Shown here in pieces: positions 37,495 to 47,727 of a stretch of DNA of 55,656 nt (its first letter is position 1; the number at the start of each line of letters is the position of its first letter). This DNA comes from Nitrospirota bacterium (GTDB lineage Bacteria; Nitrospirota; Thermodesulfovibrionia; Thermodesulfovibrionales; Dissulfurispiraceae), in the NCBI GenBank assembly GCA_040758355.1, contig JBFLWF010000017.1, positions 1 through 55,656 of the forward strand. The letters run 5' to 3'. The notes under the pieces were generated by a model that was not told the origin of the DNA, searched no databases, and saw nothing but the letters and a program-made list of their open reading frames with translations. Position numbers and translations under genes: made by a program.

Positions 37495-37665
37495 TATAGC
37501 AGTAGGTGTGCTAAAAAGACTTTACACTTCGGAACATTGTAAAACATTTTCTTAAATCCGTCACCTACTACATTGCTATCTGTTTAGGTAAATGCGCTAA
37601 TAGTTATCTGGTATGCATAAAGAACAACGACTTTGTAAAGTCTTTGATGCACACCTGCTGCTATA
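37495..37665. mobile_element. 171-bp MITE with 32-bp imperfect terminal inverted repeats
   Basis: TATAGCAGTAGGTGTGCTAAAAAGACTTTACA ... TGTAAAGTCTTTGATGCACACCTGCTGCTATA; TA at both ends. Confidence 0.75.
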
Positions 37666-37682
37666 CCTTGCTCAATTCAAGT

Positions 37683-38702
37683 TTAACAAATGCTCATTAC
37701 TGCTTCGTATACCTTCTCAACAGATACATCATCCATACATTTAACCCTCTTGCAATTCTTCTTATAACACGGCGCACACTCAATATCCGACTTAACTATA
37801 ATATGATTTCTGCCATATGGCCCTGTCCTCACAGGGTTTGTCGGACCAAATATCGCAACCACAGGAATACCAAAGGCGGCAGCTATATGCATTGGCCCTG
37901 AATCGTTGGTGATAGCATACCTTGCACCCCTGATTATGGATATAAGCTCCTTTATATCTGTTTTCCCTGCTATTGACAATGCCCTTCCACCGGAGCAAAA
38001 TTCAATGCCCTTAGCTATTTCCGCATCGCTTGCGCTTCCGACTATCACAGTCTTTATGTCAAGAATGGATGCAAGTTTTCCGAAATTCGCAGGCTGCCAT
38101 CTCTTTGTTTTCCATCGAGCACCCGGAACAAGCACTGCATAATCTCCAATATCTTCCTTTAGTTTCTTTACATTTTTGGATTCTATAATGAGCGGCATGG
38201 GAAATTTCACATCCTCAATCTCACAGCCGACAGCAGATGCAATCTTCAAATACCTGTCCACTGCATGTATTTCCCTTCCACCTTTAACCTTATGTGTATA
38301 GAACAGGATGCTGCCCTCCCTTGCCTCTTTAAAGCCGACCCTGACAGAAGCGCGGGTTGCATATGTCAATATGCCGCTTCTCAGAAGACCCTGAAGGTCT
38401 ATTACAAGATCATAGGATTCATCTTCAAGTTCTTTAAATAGACTCTTAAATTCTATAGCTGTCTCTTTTATTTTCTTCAGATTCTTCCACCGGTCTTTAT
38501 TGATTACCCAGAGTCTTTTCACCATGGGATGGTTTTCGAGGAGGCCTTCAAGACCCTTTGCTACTACCCAGTGTATTTCAGCAGAGGGAAAAGCATCCTT
38601 TACAGCATTAAGAAATGGAAGGCTGTGCACAATATCACCGAGAGAACTCGGCTTTATAACCAATATTTTTTTAGGAATCTTCTTTATCGAAATTTTATTC
38701 AT
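37683..38702 (-). CDS. GT9 lipopolysaccharide heptosyltransferase (WaaC/WaaF-like)
   Basis: SSLGDIVH, IDLQGLLRS, TNDSGPMHIAAA, IFGPT. Confidence 0.92.
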   Translation of the reverse strand: MNKISIKKIPKKILVIKPSSLGDIVHSLPFLNAVKDAFPSAEIHWVVAKGLEGLLENHPMVKRLWVINKDRWKNLKKIKETAIEFKSLFKELEDESYDLVIDLQGLLRSGILTYATRASVRVGFKEAREGSILFYTHKVKGGREIHAVDRYLKIASAVGCEIEDVKFPMPLIIESKNVKKLKEDIGDYAVLVPGARWKTKRWQPANFGKLASILDIKTVIVGSASDAEIAKGIEFCSGGRALSIAGKTDIKELISIIRGARYAITNDSGPMHIAAAFGIPVVAIFGPTNPVRTGPYGRNHIIVKSDIECAPCYKKNCKRVKCMDDVSVEKVYEAVMSIC

Positions 38703-40212
38703 GGGATATTATTAAATCCACAACATCTTTCAGGTTATCGGCTGCAAAATCAGCATGGGCCGATTCCTGCTGTTTGCCCGTCTTTACAAGTATACTTTTG
38801 GCACCAACTGCCTTTGCAAGGAGCATGTCGGCATCCTTGTCTCCAACAACATAAGACTCTTTCAGATTAATCCTGTGATCTGCCCTTGCACTCAAAAGCA
38901 TTCCCGGCTCGGGCTTTCTGCATGAACAATTCTCATCAGGACCATGCGGACAATAATAGAAATCGTCAAACCCGTATTTATCGATAAATACCTGATTCAC
39001 TTCCTTTACGAATTGCTCATCCACAATCCCCCTGCTGATTCCCGACTGGTTGCTCACACCGATTAGGACAAAACCTTTTCCCTTTAACTCGTTCAAACTA
39101 TCTATTTCAGGGAAGACCTTAAAGTCATTCCAGTTGTTCAGATAATCGGCATCCCTGCACAATGTGCCGTCCCTGTCAAAAAACACAGCCTTTTTTACAG
39201 GCAATAACTCCTTGACCCCGAAATATACATCCTCAGGTGTAACGGTATACATGCACTTCATATCATTATCTTTGCATGTTCGCTCAAAACATGGGCTGCA
39301 TGCAAGGTCTGTCTTGACTACAATATTATTGCCTCCCACAGGGCCTGTCAAATCCGGATCTGTTGAGCCGAATATAGCAACTATGGGCGTACCAACTGCA
39401 TAGGCTATATGCATTGGTCCGGAATCATTTGTGACAAACACATCGCATTCTGAAATAAGCGGAATAAGCTCTCTGAGAGAAGTCATTCCGGCAAGGAAGA
39501 TTTTATTCTCATTGATATGTTTATCTATCTCCTCTGCAATATCCACTTCATTCCTGCCGCCGAAGATTGCAACACTGCCGTCTGTTTCCTTTATAAACCA
39601 GTTTGCAACCTGTGCGAACCTTTCAGGAAACCATCTCTTTGAAGATCCATATGTAGCGCCCGGGTTTATCCCTAAGATCGGTCTTTTCAGCGATGATAAT
39701 TTATCCCTTGCTGATAATCGCTCATCGATGGAAAGATAAATCCATGGATTTGAATATTCCGCATTTATGCCTGCAGCTTTAAAAAGGTTAAGATAATAAT
39801 CTATATGATGTGCTTTTCTGTCATCGCCACCAAAGGGAATCGGCTTCGTAAGAAGAAATCCCCTTCCGTCCCTGCTGTATCCTATTCTTTCGGGAATGCC
39901 TGCAAGGAATGTTATGAGTGCAGCATCAAAGGCATTCTGTAAGAGTATTGCATTGGAAAAATGCCCTCTCCTCAGCTTCATAGCAAGTCTCAATTTTCCA
40001 AATATCCCTGAAAATCTTTCTTCATATAACATGATCTCATCGATATTTGGATCCCTCTCAAAAATTGTTGAAACAGATGGCTTTACGAGCAGGCTGATTT
40101 TTGATTCTGGATATGCCTTTCTCAATGCCCTTATGGCGGGCATGGTCATAACAGCATCGCCGATCCAGTTAACGCCCCTGATCAGGATATTATTCTGACT
40201 CGCTTTACTCAC
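38695..40212 (-). CDS. waaF: Heptosyltransferase II fused to GmhB-like heptose-bisphosphate phosphatase
   Basis: NWIGDAVM, INPGATYG, NDSGPMH; C-terminal FFDRDGT, SNQSG, CPH...CSCRKPEPGM, VGD. Confidence 0.9.
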   Translation of the reverse strand: MSKASQNNILIRGVNWIGDAVMTMPAIRALRKAYPESKISLLVKPSVSTIFERDPNIDEIMLYEERFSGIFGKLRLAMKLRRGHFSNAILLQNAFDAALITFLAGIPERIGYSRDGRGFLLTKPIPFGGDDRKAHHIDYYLNLFKAAGINAEYSNPWIYLSIDERLSARDKLSSLKRPILGINPGATYGSSKRWFPERFAQVANWFIKETDGSVAIFGGRNEVDIAEEIDKHINENKIFLAGMTSLRELIPLISECDVFVTNDSGPMHIAYAVGTPIVAIFGSTDPDLTGPVGGNNIVVKTDLACSPCFERTCKDNDMKCMYTVTPEDVYFGVKELLPVKKAVFFDRDGTLCRDADYLNNWNDFKVFPEIDSLNELKGKGFVLIGVSNQSGISRGIVDEQFVKEVNQVFIDKYGFDDFYYCPHGPDENCSCRKPEPGMLLSARADHRINLKESYVVGDKDADMLLAKAVGAKSILVKTGKQQESAHADFAADNLKDVVDLIISHE

Positions 40213-40328
40213 TATTTAGTTTAACATTTAAGACCTTCATTTCTACAACTTGGATTCTCCTGTTAATTGAAATTATCACCTGCCCCATCGCTCCACAAAT
40301 GTGATATACTGGTTTTAAGGGAGAGGTA

Positions 40329-42116
40329 ATGAATATTCAAAAAGACAACGTCATCCGCATATTGTCAAGGAACTACAAGCGATCTGTCGTTTTAACCTTC
40401 AGCGGCTGGATACTCCTTTTTGCCTATATTTTTTATGACTATGTCATTTACGGGCACTATTTCTTTGAGCACTTTGTATATCCTCCTCATCTCTACGAGT
40501 TGTTCTTTCATCTGCTAATAAGTCTTGCGCCATTCATCTCCGCATTCGTGGGTTATCAGGACTGCAAAAAAACAAGCCTGATAATAGAGCTTGAAGAGAT
40601 GACAGAAAAGTGGAAAAAAACATACGATGCCATACCGGATTTAATATTCATACTGGACAAAAATTACAATATTATAGACGCCAATAAAGCATCCATTGAC
40701 CGGTTTGGTGTCGATATTATAGGCAGGCACTGCTATAACTATATGCACAATACGGATATGCCCATTAAAACCTGTCCTCATAAAAGATGTATTGAAACAG
40801 GCATGATAATAAGAGAGGAAATAGAAGAGCCTCCTTTAAGCGGATTATTCTACGAGGTTACATGCTCGCCAATCCTCAGCAGAGACGGACATGCTATCGG
40901 TTCGGTTCACGTCGTCAAGGATATAACGGCAAGAAAGAAGGCTGAAGACGAGAAGAAGAGACTCGAGGCGCAGCTCTATCAGGCTCAGAAAATGGAATCC
41001 ATCGGAAGGTTTGCCGGAGGCATTGCCCATGATTTTAACAACCTTCTTACGGCAATAACCGGTTTCGCAGGGATTATACAATCAACGATGGACAAGGAAG
41101 ACCCCAATAGCGTATACATAAATCATATCTTATCAGCATCGGAAAAGGCTTCAAACCTTACATCATCGATCCTTGCATTCAGCAGGACAAAGACAATAAA
41201 CCCGAGACCTGTAAACATCAATGAAACCATAAAAAGCATCGAAAGGCTCTTAGCAAGGATAATAGGCGAGGATATCGAATTAAAAACATATCTCGGTTCA
41301 AATGACCTGACAGTAAACGCAGACGAGGGGCAGATAGAGCAGGTACTGATGAACCTTGCTACAAATGCGAGGGATGCAATGCCCGATGGCGGCGCCCTTG
41401 TCATCGAGACAGGCTCTGTAAACCTCGATGAAATATATGCAGACGGACACATTAATATAAAGGAAGGGAAATATGCCCTTATATCAGTAACAGATACAGG
41501 GGACGGCATGGATGATGACACGAAAAACAGGATATTCGAGCCTTTCTTTACAACAAAAGAGATCGGAAAAGGCACGGGACTCGGTCTGGCAGTGGTTTAC
41601 GGTATAGTAAAACAGCATGACGGACATATAAATGTATACAGCGAAAAGGGCAAGGGAACGACATTTAAAATATACCTGCCACTGATAGATAAAGGCTATC
41701 CTGACATCGATAAGACAGAGCATATCTATAACGAGGCGCTGCAAGGCTCCGAGACCATACTCGTGGCAGAAGACTCTCCAGAAGTTATGGAGATTATAGT
41801 CAATATCCTTACCGAGAATGGCTATAGAGTTATTAAGGCAATGAATGGCATAGATGCCATCGAAAAGTTCAGAGAAAACAAGGATGACATACACCTGTTC
41901 CTTTCAGACATAGTTATGCCGAATATAAACGGCATAGAAGCATTTAATAAGATCAGAAAGATAAAGCCAGATATAAAGGCATTATTTATTAGCGGCTATC
42001 CCGATACCATAATACGCAATCACGGAATGACCGAGCAAAACTTCAAAGTAATATCAAAACCTTTCAAACCAAATGAATTGTTAATAATGGTGAAAAACGT
42101 CCTCATGTCCATTTGA
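40329..42116 (+). CDS. Hybrid PAS histidine kinase/response regulator
   Basis: Two TM helices, PAS, GIAHDFNN, NARDA, PFFTTK, GTGLGL, receiver domain. Confidence 0.93.
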   Translation: MNIQKDNVIRILSRNYKRSVVLTFSGWILLFAYIFYDYVIYGHYFFEHFVYPPHLYELFFHLLISLAPFISAFVGYQDCKKTSLIIELEEMTEKWKKTYDAIPDLIFILDKNYNIIDANKASIDRFGVDIIGRHCYNYMHNTDMPIKTCPHKRCIETGMIIREEIEEPPLSGLFYEVTCSPILSRDGHAIGSVHVVKDITARKKAEDEKKRLEAQLYQAQKMESIGRFAGGIAHDFNNLLTAITGFAGIIQSTMDKEDPNSVYINHILSASEKASNLTSSILAFSRTKTINPRPVNINETIKSIERLLARIIGEDIELKTYLGSNDLTVNADEGQIEQVLMNLATNARDAMPDGGALVIETGSVNLDEIYADGHINIKEGKYALISVTDTGDGMDDDTKNRIFEPFFTTKEIGKGTGLGLAVVYGIVKQHDGHINVYSEKGKGTTFKIYLPLIDKGYPDIDKTEHIYNEALQGSETILVAEDSPEVMEIIVNILTENGYRVIKAMNGIDAIEKFRENKDDIHLFLSDIVMPNINGIEAFNKIRKIKPDIKALFISGYPDTIIRNHGMTEQNFKVISKPFKPNELLIMVKNVLMSI

Positions 42117-42424
42117 GTGAATTAACTACACAGACAAGAATCTTTTCGACTATTTTTAGTTTTAACATTTCATTGTTTTTTAGTTCAGCAACTAAAGGTT
42201 TGTGCTCATAAATAGATATATGCTATATAAATATGGAAATAAGCGCAGAGGGTTAAGTCGTTTTTCAAACATGTAGGATTAAAGTATCAGGGGGGATTTA
42301 ATTTCTCAAGGGGGGTGATAAAAGAAAGAACTGACAGAATATGCACGAAGAAGGTAAAAGACATATCCATCGGCAGGAGTTTAAAAATCTCTATTTTAAA
42401 GACTAAAACAAAGAGGAGGGTAGG

Positions 42425-43180
42425 ATGAGAAGGTTCATATTAATTTTAGTGATTATAACCCTTTTAACACCAGTCGTTAATGCCTTTGCGGATGAAATCA
42501 GAGTCGGCGGTGGCGGCGCAGCGATAAATACAGTCTTCAAACCAATAAAACCCCATTTTGAAAAAATAGCAGGCATTAATCTCAGTCTCTTTCAGAGCAC
42601 TCCAAAAAACGGGCTCATAGACCTTGTTCAGGGAAGGGTTGATGTAGCGACTGCTGCTGTTTCGTTGGAAAGTATGATAAAAGGTGCTGAAAAAGACGGC
42701 GTTAAGGTCGATGCGTCGGAATTTCAGCAATTAGTTATTGCCAAAAACAAAACCGTCATCTTCCTCCACAAGGATAACCCAGTAAAGAAACTTTCCAAGG
42801 AACAACTAAAGGGGATATTCACTGGCAAAATAACGACCTGGAAAGATGTGGGCGGCAAGGATATGCCAATCATCGTGGTCTGGGGAAAAGCATCTCCCGG
42901 TCAAAATGCACTATTCACCAAAGAAATACTCGATGGAGAATCTGTAACAAAGGATATCCTTGATGCAACAGATTATGCAAACATAAAAGAAAATGTTGCA
43001 ACAAACCCCGAGGCAATAGGGATAGACCCATTGGGACTTTCCGACGCATTAGTCAATGTTCCTGAAACCCCTGATATTATAAGTCCGATAATCCTTGTTA
43101 CAAAGGGCAGCCCGTCTCCCAATATCCAGAAGCTTCTTGATTTCATTAAGGGAGAAGGACAGAAATATATAAAACAGTGA
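42425..43180 (+). CDS. PstS-like periplasmic substrate-binding protein
   Basis: Signal peptide; NPVKKLSKEQLKGIFTGKITTWKDVGG. Confidence 0.85.
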   Translation: MRRFILILVIITLLTPVVNAFADEIRVGGGGAAINTVFKPIKPHFEKIAGINLSLFQSTPKNGLIDLVQGRVDVATAAVSLESMIKGAEKDGVKVDASEFQQLVIAKNKTVIFLHKDNPVKKLSKEQLKGIFTGKITTWKDVGGKDMPIIVVWGKASPGQNALFTKEILDGESVTKDILDATDYANIKENVATNPEAIGIDPLGLSDALVNVPETPDIISPIILVTKGSPSPNIQKLLDFIKGEGQKYIKQ

Positions 43181-43271
43181 CCGCCTCGCTGCTTGCAAGC
43201 ACCACGCTTTCTGGCGTGGTGCTACAATTCATTTACTTCCATATGTATGTATAAATATTAAGGGGTGTACT

Positions 43272-45725
43272 ATGACAATAAAGATCAAACTGACATGGAA
43301 TGTAATTATTGTAATCGTGATTGTCGGTGCTGTTTCTGCAACGAGCATTATAGGAATGGGATTCGTTAAAGGCAAATTATTTCATCTTACAGAACGGAGT
43401 ACGCCTTTTCAGGTAAAAACCCTCGAACTTCAGAGGGCAATACAGGGAACTATCGCAGATATTGTCAAGGTAGGCTCTTCAAGGAATTTACAGGAGTACA
43501 AAATATTTCGTGCCGAGGCCGAGAAGTCTTTATCAGATATAAAAAATGCACAGAATGCGCTGGAGTCTCTTACCGGAGGAGAAAAGATTGAGGCCTACAA
43601 TGAACTGAATAGAATAGCGTCAGAGTACTTTGAAATAACAGAAGGAAGACTCTGCGCAGAGGAAGGTGCAGGGGAGGCAAACAAAACAATCACCCGGAAG
43701 TTAAAAGACACCTCAAACAGGCTAAAGGAACTGGATGCCAAGATAAAGGCCCTTCAGACCAATCGTTCAGCAGCCTTTTTTGTGTCCATGGAGGATACAA
43801 AGGGTATTTCTTCTAAACTCAGGGAGATAGAACTGTTAAGGGCGATATTAAAGGATCTCCAGATTGCAATGTTCGAATTACAAAGGGCGCAGGACAAAAG
43901 GGCTGTAATCATAGCACGGGGGAAGGCAAATTCAGCAATAGGTAAAGCAACTCAAAACGAATATGTAAAAGGACAAAAAAATATTAGCACTGAAATAAAA
44001 AAAATCGGAGAGAAGGTAGAAGAACTCGTGAAGCTGCAGACATCCCTCATCACACAGGCTGACGAAACCGTTAAAAAAAATTATGAGGCCTTAAGCAGGG
44101 ATTTGAATGAAAGATTGTCTGTACTTTTGATAGCAATAGACCAGGAGGTTATTGTAGCAGGTGAAAAATATGGTATAGAGACTAAAAAGCAGGGAGATGT
44201 CCTGACCCAGTCCAGCATAGCAACGAATGTCCTGACAGGCAACTCTGAACTTCTGTCCCTCGGTTTATCAATAGAGGGATTATCAACGCGACTCTTTACC
44301 CTTTCTTCGGCAAAAGAGGTTGGTGATGCAGAAAACGAACTAAGAAAGGTATTTGAGAGGATAGATGATGTGAGCAAAGGTCTCGAAAAGGCACTGACAA
44401 AACTCGAAGCAAAAGAAGAACTCAAGATACTTCGTAATGCAGAAAACGCCCTTGCCTTAATCAAAGGAGTATTGTTAGCAAGAGACGGAATCATAGCAAA
44501 GATCCGCCACCAGATTAACATGACAGAAAAGGCTTTGCAGGCCACCGAGAGATTAAGGGAGATAGTCCTGAAGCAGGCAGCAAAAGGCAAAGAAACCGTT
44601 ACCGCCGCTCAGGGAGAGCAGGAAAAATCCATCGGAACTGTGAACAAAATGGTGAGATTCAGCACAATACTTATTGCTGCCATAGGAATAGGAGCGATAG
44701 TATTCGGCATAGCCTTTGGCACATGGATTTACCGTTCCGTCTCAAAACCTCTGAATGAGCTCATATGGGGAGCCGACCAGATAGCACAGGGAAACCTCAC
44801 ATGTGCGAGGACAGAATACACAAAAGATGAAATAGGAATGGTGCACAAATCAATGTGCAAGATGATAGAAAACCTCAGAGAAATAGTCGGAAAAATGAAG
44901 ACATCAACAGGAACCCTTGCAAGCAGTTCCGAAGAGCTATCAGCCACGGCAACATCCCTTGAAAAAGGCTCGCATGAGCAGCATGGCCAGATAGAGCAAT
45001 CAGCCACGGCAATGACAGAGATGTCGCAGACAACCCTCGATGTGGCAAAGAACGCCTCCCACACCGCAGAGGCTGCACAGAAGATGAAGAAGACAGCCAT
45101 GCAGGGCAAAGACGCAATGCATATAACAATGCAGGAATTGCAGAAGTTTGCTGATACAGTCAAGGAGTCTGCAGCAAAAGTGGAATCCCTCGGAGAGAAA
45201 TCAGGAGAGATAAACGAAATAATAACATTGATAAAAGAGATAGCAGACCAGACAAACCTCCTTGCCCTGAATGCAGCAATTGAAGCAGCCCGTGCAGGGG
45301 AACAGGGTAGAGGCTTTGCAGTGGTGGCAGACAACGTCAGACAACTTGCAGAGAGGACAACGGTCGCAACAGAGGATATAGCAAACACCGTGAAAGCGAT
45401 GCAGACAGAGGTTTCGGAATCGGTGAGCTTTATGAAGGAAGAAAGGGAATCTGTTGGAAGGGTGCTTGAGCACGTAAACAGCACATTGAAGTCCATAGAC
45501 GAAATCGTCTCGTACGTGGAAGGGGTTGCGGACATGGTGCAGAGGATTGCGGTGGCTACAGAGGAGCAGTCATCAGCCTCCGAGGAGGTCTCCCACAATA
45601 TGGAAAACATCGCGGTAATAACGAGGGAATTGAGCAACTCCATTGTTGAGATAAAGCGCGCAGCAGGAGACCTTTCAAAACTCGCCACAGAATTGAATTC
45701 TATGGCAGGGTGGTTTAAGGTGTAG
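43272..45725 (+). CDS. Methyl-accepting chemotaxis protein with large periplasmic domain
   Basis: Two TM helices, HAMP, IADQTNLLALNAAIEAARAGEQGRGFAVVA. Confidence 0.95.
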   Translation: MTIKIKLTWNVIIVIVIVGAVSATSIIGMGFVKGKLFHLTERSTPFQVKTLELQRAIQGTIADIVKVGSSRNLQEYKIFRAEAEKSLSDIKNAQNALESLTGGEKIEAYNELNRIASEYFEITEGRLCAEEGAGEANKTITRKLKDTSNRLKELDAKIKALQTNRSAAFFVSMEDTKGISSKLREIELLRAILKDLQIAMFELQRAQDKRAVIIARGKANSAIGKATQNEYVKGQKNISTEIKKIGEKVEELVKLQTSLITQADETVKKNYEALSRDLNERLSVLLIAIDQEVIVAGEKYGIETKKQGDVLTQSSIATNVLTGNSELLSLGLSIEGLSTRLFTLSSAKEVGDAENELRKVFERIDDVSKGLEKALTKLEAKEELKILRNAENALALIKGVLLARDGIIAKIRHQINMTEKALQATERLREIVLKQAAKGKETVTAAQGEQEKSIGTVNKMVRFSTILIAAIGIGAIVFGIAFGTWIYRSVSKPLNELIWGADQIAQGNLTCARTEYTKDEIGMVHKSMCKMIENLREIVGKMKTSTGTLASSSEELSATATSLEKGSHEQHGQIEQSATAMTEMSQTTLDVAKNASHTAEAAQKMKKTAMQGKDAMHITMQELQKFADTVKESAAKVESLGEKSGEINEIITLIKEIADQTNLLALNAAIEAARAGEQGRGFAVVADNVRQLAERTTVATEDIANTVKAMQTEVSESVSFMKEERESVGRVLEHVNSTLKSIDEIVSYVEGVADMVQRIAVATEEQSSASEEVSHNMENIAVITRELSNSIVEIKRAAGDLSKLATELNSMAGWFKV

Positions 45726-45851
45726 CTCTTACCCCCAATTCATCTGTTTAAGCATATCCATCTCTTAATCATGCAGATTAAAACTTTTCTGTCAATTACT
45801 TTAAGTGTCTACTGCAAAGGTATTTTCTGACAAAAACAAATTTTAAAAAAA

Positions 45852-47211
45852 GAGACTTTCCCGAATTTTCGGCTGAAGAAGTAGGTAATAGTTCTTTTAA
45901 AAATTGATTTGTTAGAGTTCCTCTGAAAAGGAGGGACTCTACATGGATAAGAATTATAAGGATATTGGGATTAAAATTGTTAAGACCCTGATTCCAAAGA
46001 TCTGTGTTTGTCCAATTTGTGGAATGGAGCAGCCTTTTATGAAAGACCGTGAACACTGGAAGAAGGTGAAGGACTTAAGCCTTGAGAAACCTACTTTATT
46101 GTCTGTTCAGAGAATAAGTGCTAAATGTCTGAATCCTGTCTGTAGGAGAAAGAGCTTTGTCCTGCCAATTCCAGGCATCGAAAAATATCAGAGAGTTGCC
46201 TTAAGGGTCAAAGACGAAGCACTGAATAAAAATATCCTCGACAACATGCCTTACTACAAAACCGCCTCCAGCCTTAGTCGTCTCAATACCTCTGGCAGCA
46301 AATCCAGCCTGGATCGCTGGAAACAGAGGGAAGCAGAACGATATAACTTCAAGGATATAATTGCACGGATTGGGTTTTCAGGAGTTCTAAGTATCGATGA
46401 ATACAAGCCAAAGAGGGCTAAACACTATGACCTTATGGCTGCTGATGCAATAAAGTGGCATATCCTTTACTTAGAGACTATTCCCCTTTCTCCTAATAGA
46501 GCCGGCACCATTCCAAGGGGAGGTATTGAACAATTCTGCTGTCACCTGAAGGAATTAGGGATTAATCCTTGGGCTGTTATCTTTGACCTATTAGCTGCAT
46601 ATCCAAAACAGGTAAGGAAGGTCTGGCCTAAGGTAATCGTCCAATACGACTATTTTCATGTGATGCAGCAGATTCATAAACATCTAAAGAATGGCCTTCA
46701 ATTCAGGAGACAATTAAAGGGAGAGGAATTAGAGCCATACCGGCAGGAGTTATGGGAAAACAAATGGCGAATTCTTAAAAACATGGATAATTGGACAGCC
46801 AAAGACCATAAAATAATTTCTGAATTAATCGAGTTCTACAGGGGTACACCTGTTGAAGCTATTTTGATCTTTAAAGAACAGATCCATCAGATATTTAATG
46901 CCAGCAATAGCAAGGCAGAGGCTTATGCTAAGAGAGACGGTCTCTTTAAAGAAAAGTGGTGGAAAGATTATTGGCACCTTAAAAAGGCAATGGAGTTTCT
47001 AATGAGCTCTAAGTTTGAGTATATGATTACCTATATGGATGATAGGCGTATTTCACGCTCTGGGAATATAGAGAATCTTATTGCTATTTGGCGACAGATG
47101 GAGAAAGTGCGTCGTGGCTTCAAGACAGAAAAAGGCAAACAAAATCATCTAAAACTCTACCAGGTTAAACATTATCTGGAAACGATTTAGCCGAAAATTC
47201 GGGAAAGTCTC
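45852..47211 (+). mobile_element. ISL3-family element (transposase 45943-47190)
   Basis: Perfect 23-bp IRs GAGACTTTCCCGAATTTTCGGCT / AGCCGAAAATTCGGGAAAGTCTC; A7 on both flanks; Zn finger, SIDE and DYFHV motifs. Confidence 0.9.
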
Positions 47212-47222
47212 AAAAAAATTAC

Positions 47223-47275
47223 TTGACAAGAATAATTCTAATTTGATAAGATTTCTTTATCAAGAATCATTCTAA
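47223..47275 (+). promoter_or_regulatory. Promoter with two Per/Fur-box-like sites
   Basis: TTGACA at 47223; CAAGAATAATTCTAA (47227-47241) and CAAGAATCATTCTAA (47261-47275). Confidence 0.75.
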
Positions 47276-47279
47276 AGAG

Positions 47280-47678
47280 GTGACGATGGAAAAATACAAA
47301 GACATAGGATTAAAGCTTACCCCGCAGAGGCTTGCGATCCTCAATTATCTTGATGGGAACAAGGAACATCCGTCCGCAGAGGACATTTACAGGGCGGTTT
47401 CAAAGAGGTTCCCTACAATGTCCTTTGCAACGGTCTACAACACCCTCGAAACATTGAGGCAAAGGGGCGGCCTTCTGGAGCTTACGATCGACCCCGACAA
47501 GAAAAGGTTCGATCCAAATACCGAACCCCATCACCACTTAATATGCGTTAAATGCAAAAGGATTGTGGACATACATGGCGACTATAAGCTGCCCATCCCC
47601 AATGGCGAGAGGGCAGGCTTTGAGATAATCGGCAACCACATAGAGTTTTACGGTATATGTTCAAAGTGCAAAAAGTGA
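47280..47678 (+). CDS. perR: Fur-family regulator, probably PerR
   Basis: LTPQR, HPSAE, ATVYNTL, HHHLICVKC, GICSKC; heads an oxidative-stress cluster. Confidence 0.85.
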   Translation: MTMEKYKDIGLKLTPQRLAILNYLDGNKEHPSAEDIYRAVSKRFPTMSFATVYNTLETLRQRGGLLELTIDPDKKRFDPNTEPHHHLICVKCKRIVDIHGDYKLPIPNGERAGFEIIGNHIEFYGICSKCKK

Positions 47679-47727
47679 ACGGAGCCTTTGGCTCCTAATT
47701 AAAAACTAAATTTCCGAGGTATGAATT

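Noticed and set aside
44729..45688. 319-aa antisense ORF and other long shadow ORFs (e.g. 16913-17545, 10625-11155, 44081-44590)
   Set aside because: They lie opposite well-supported genes and have no recognisable motifs.
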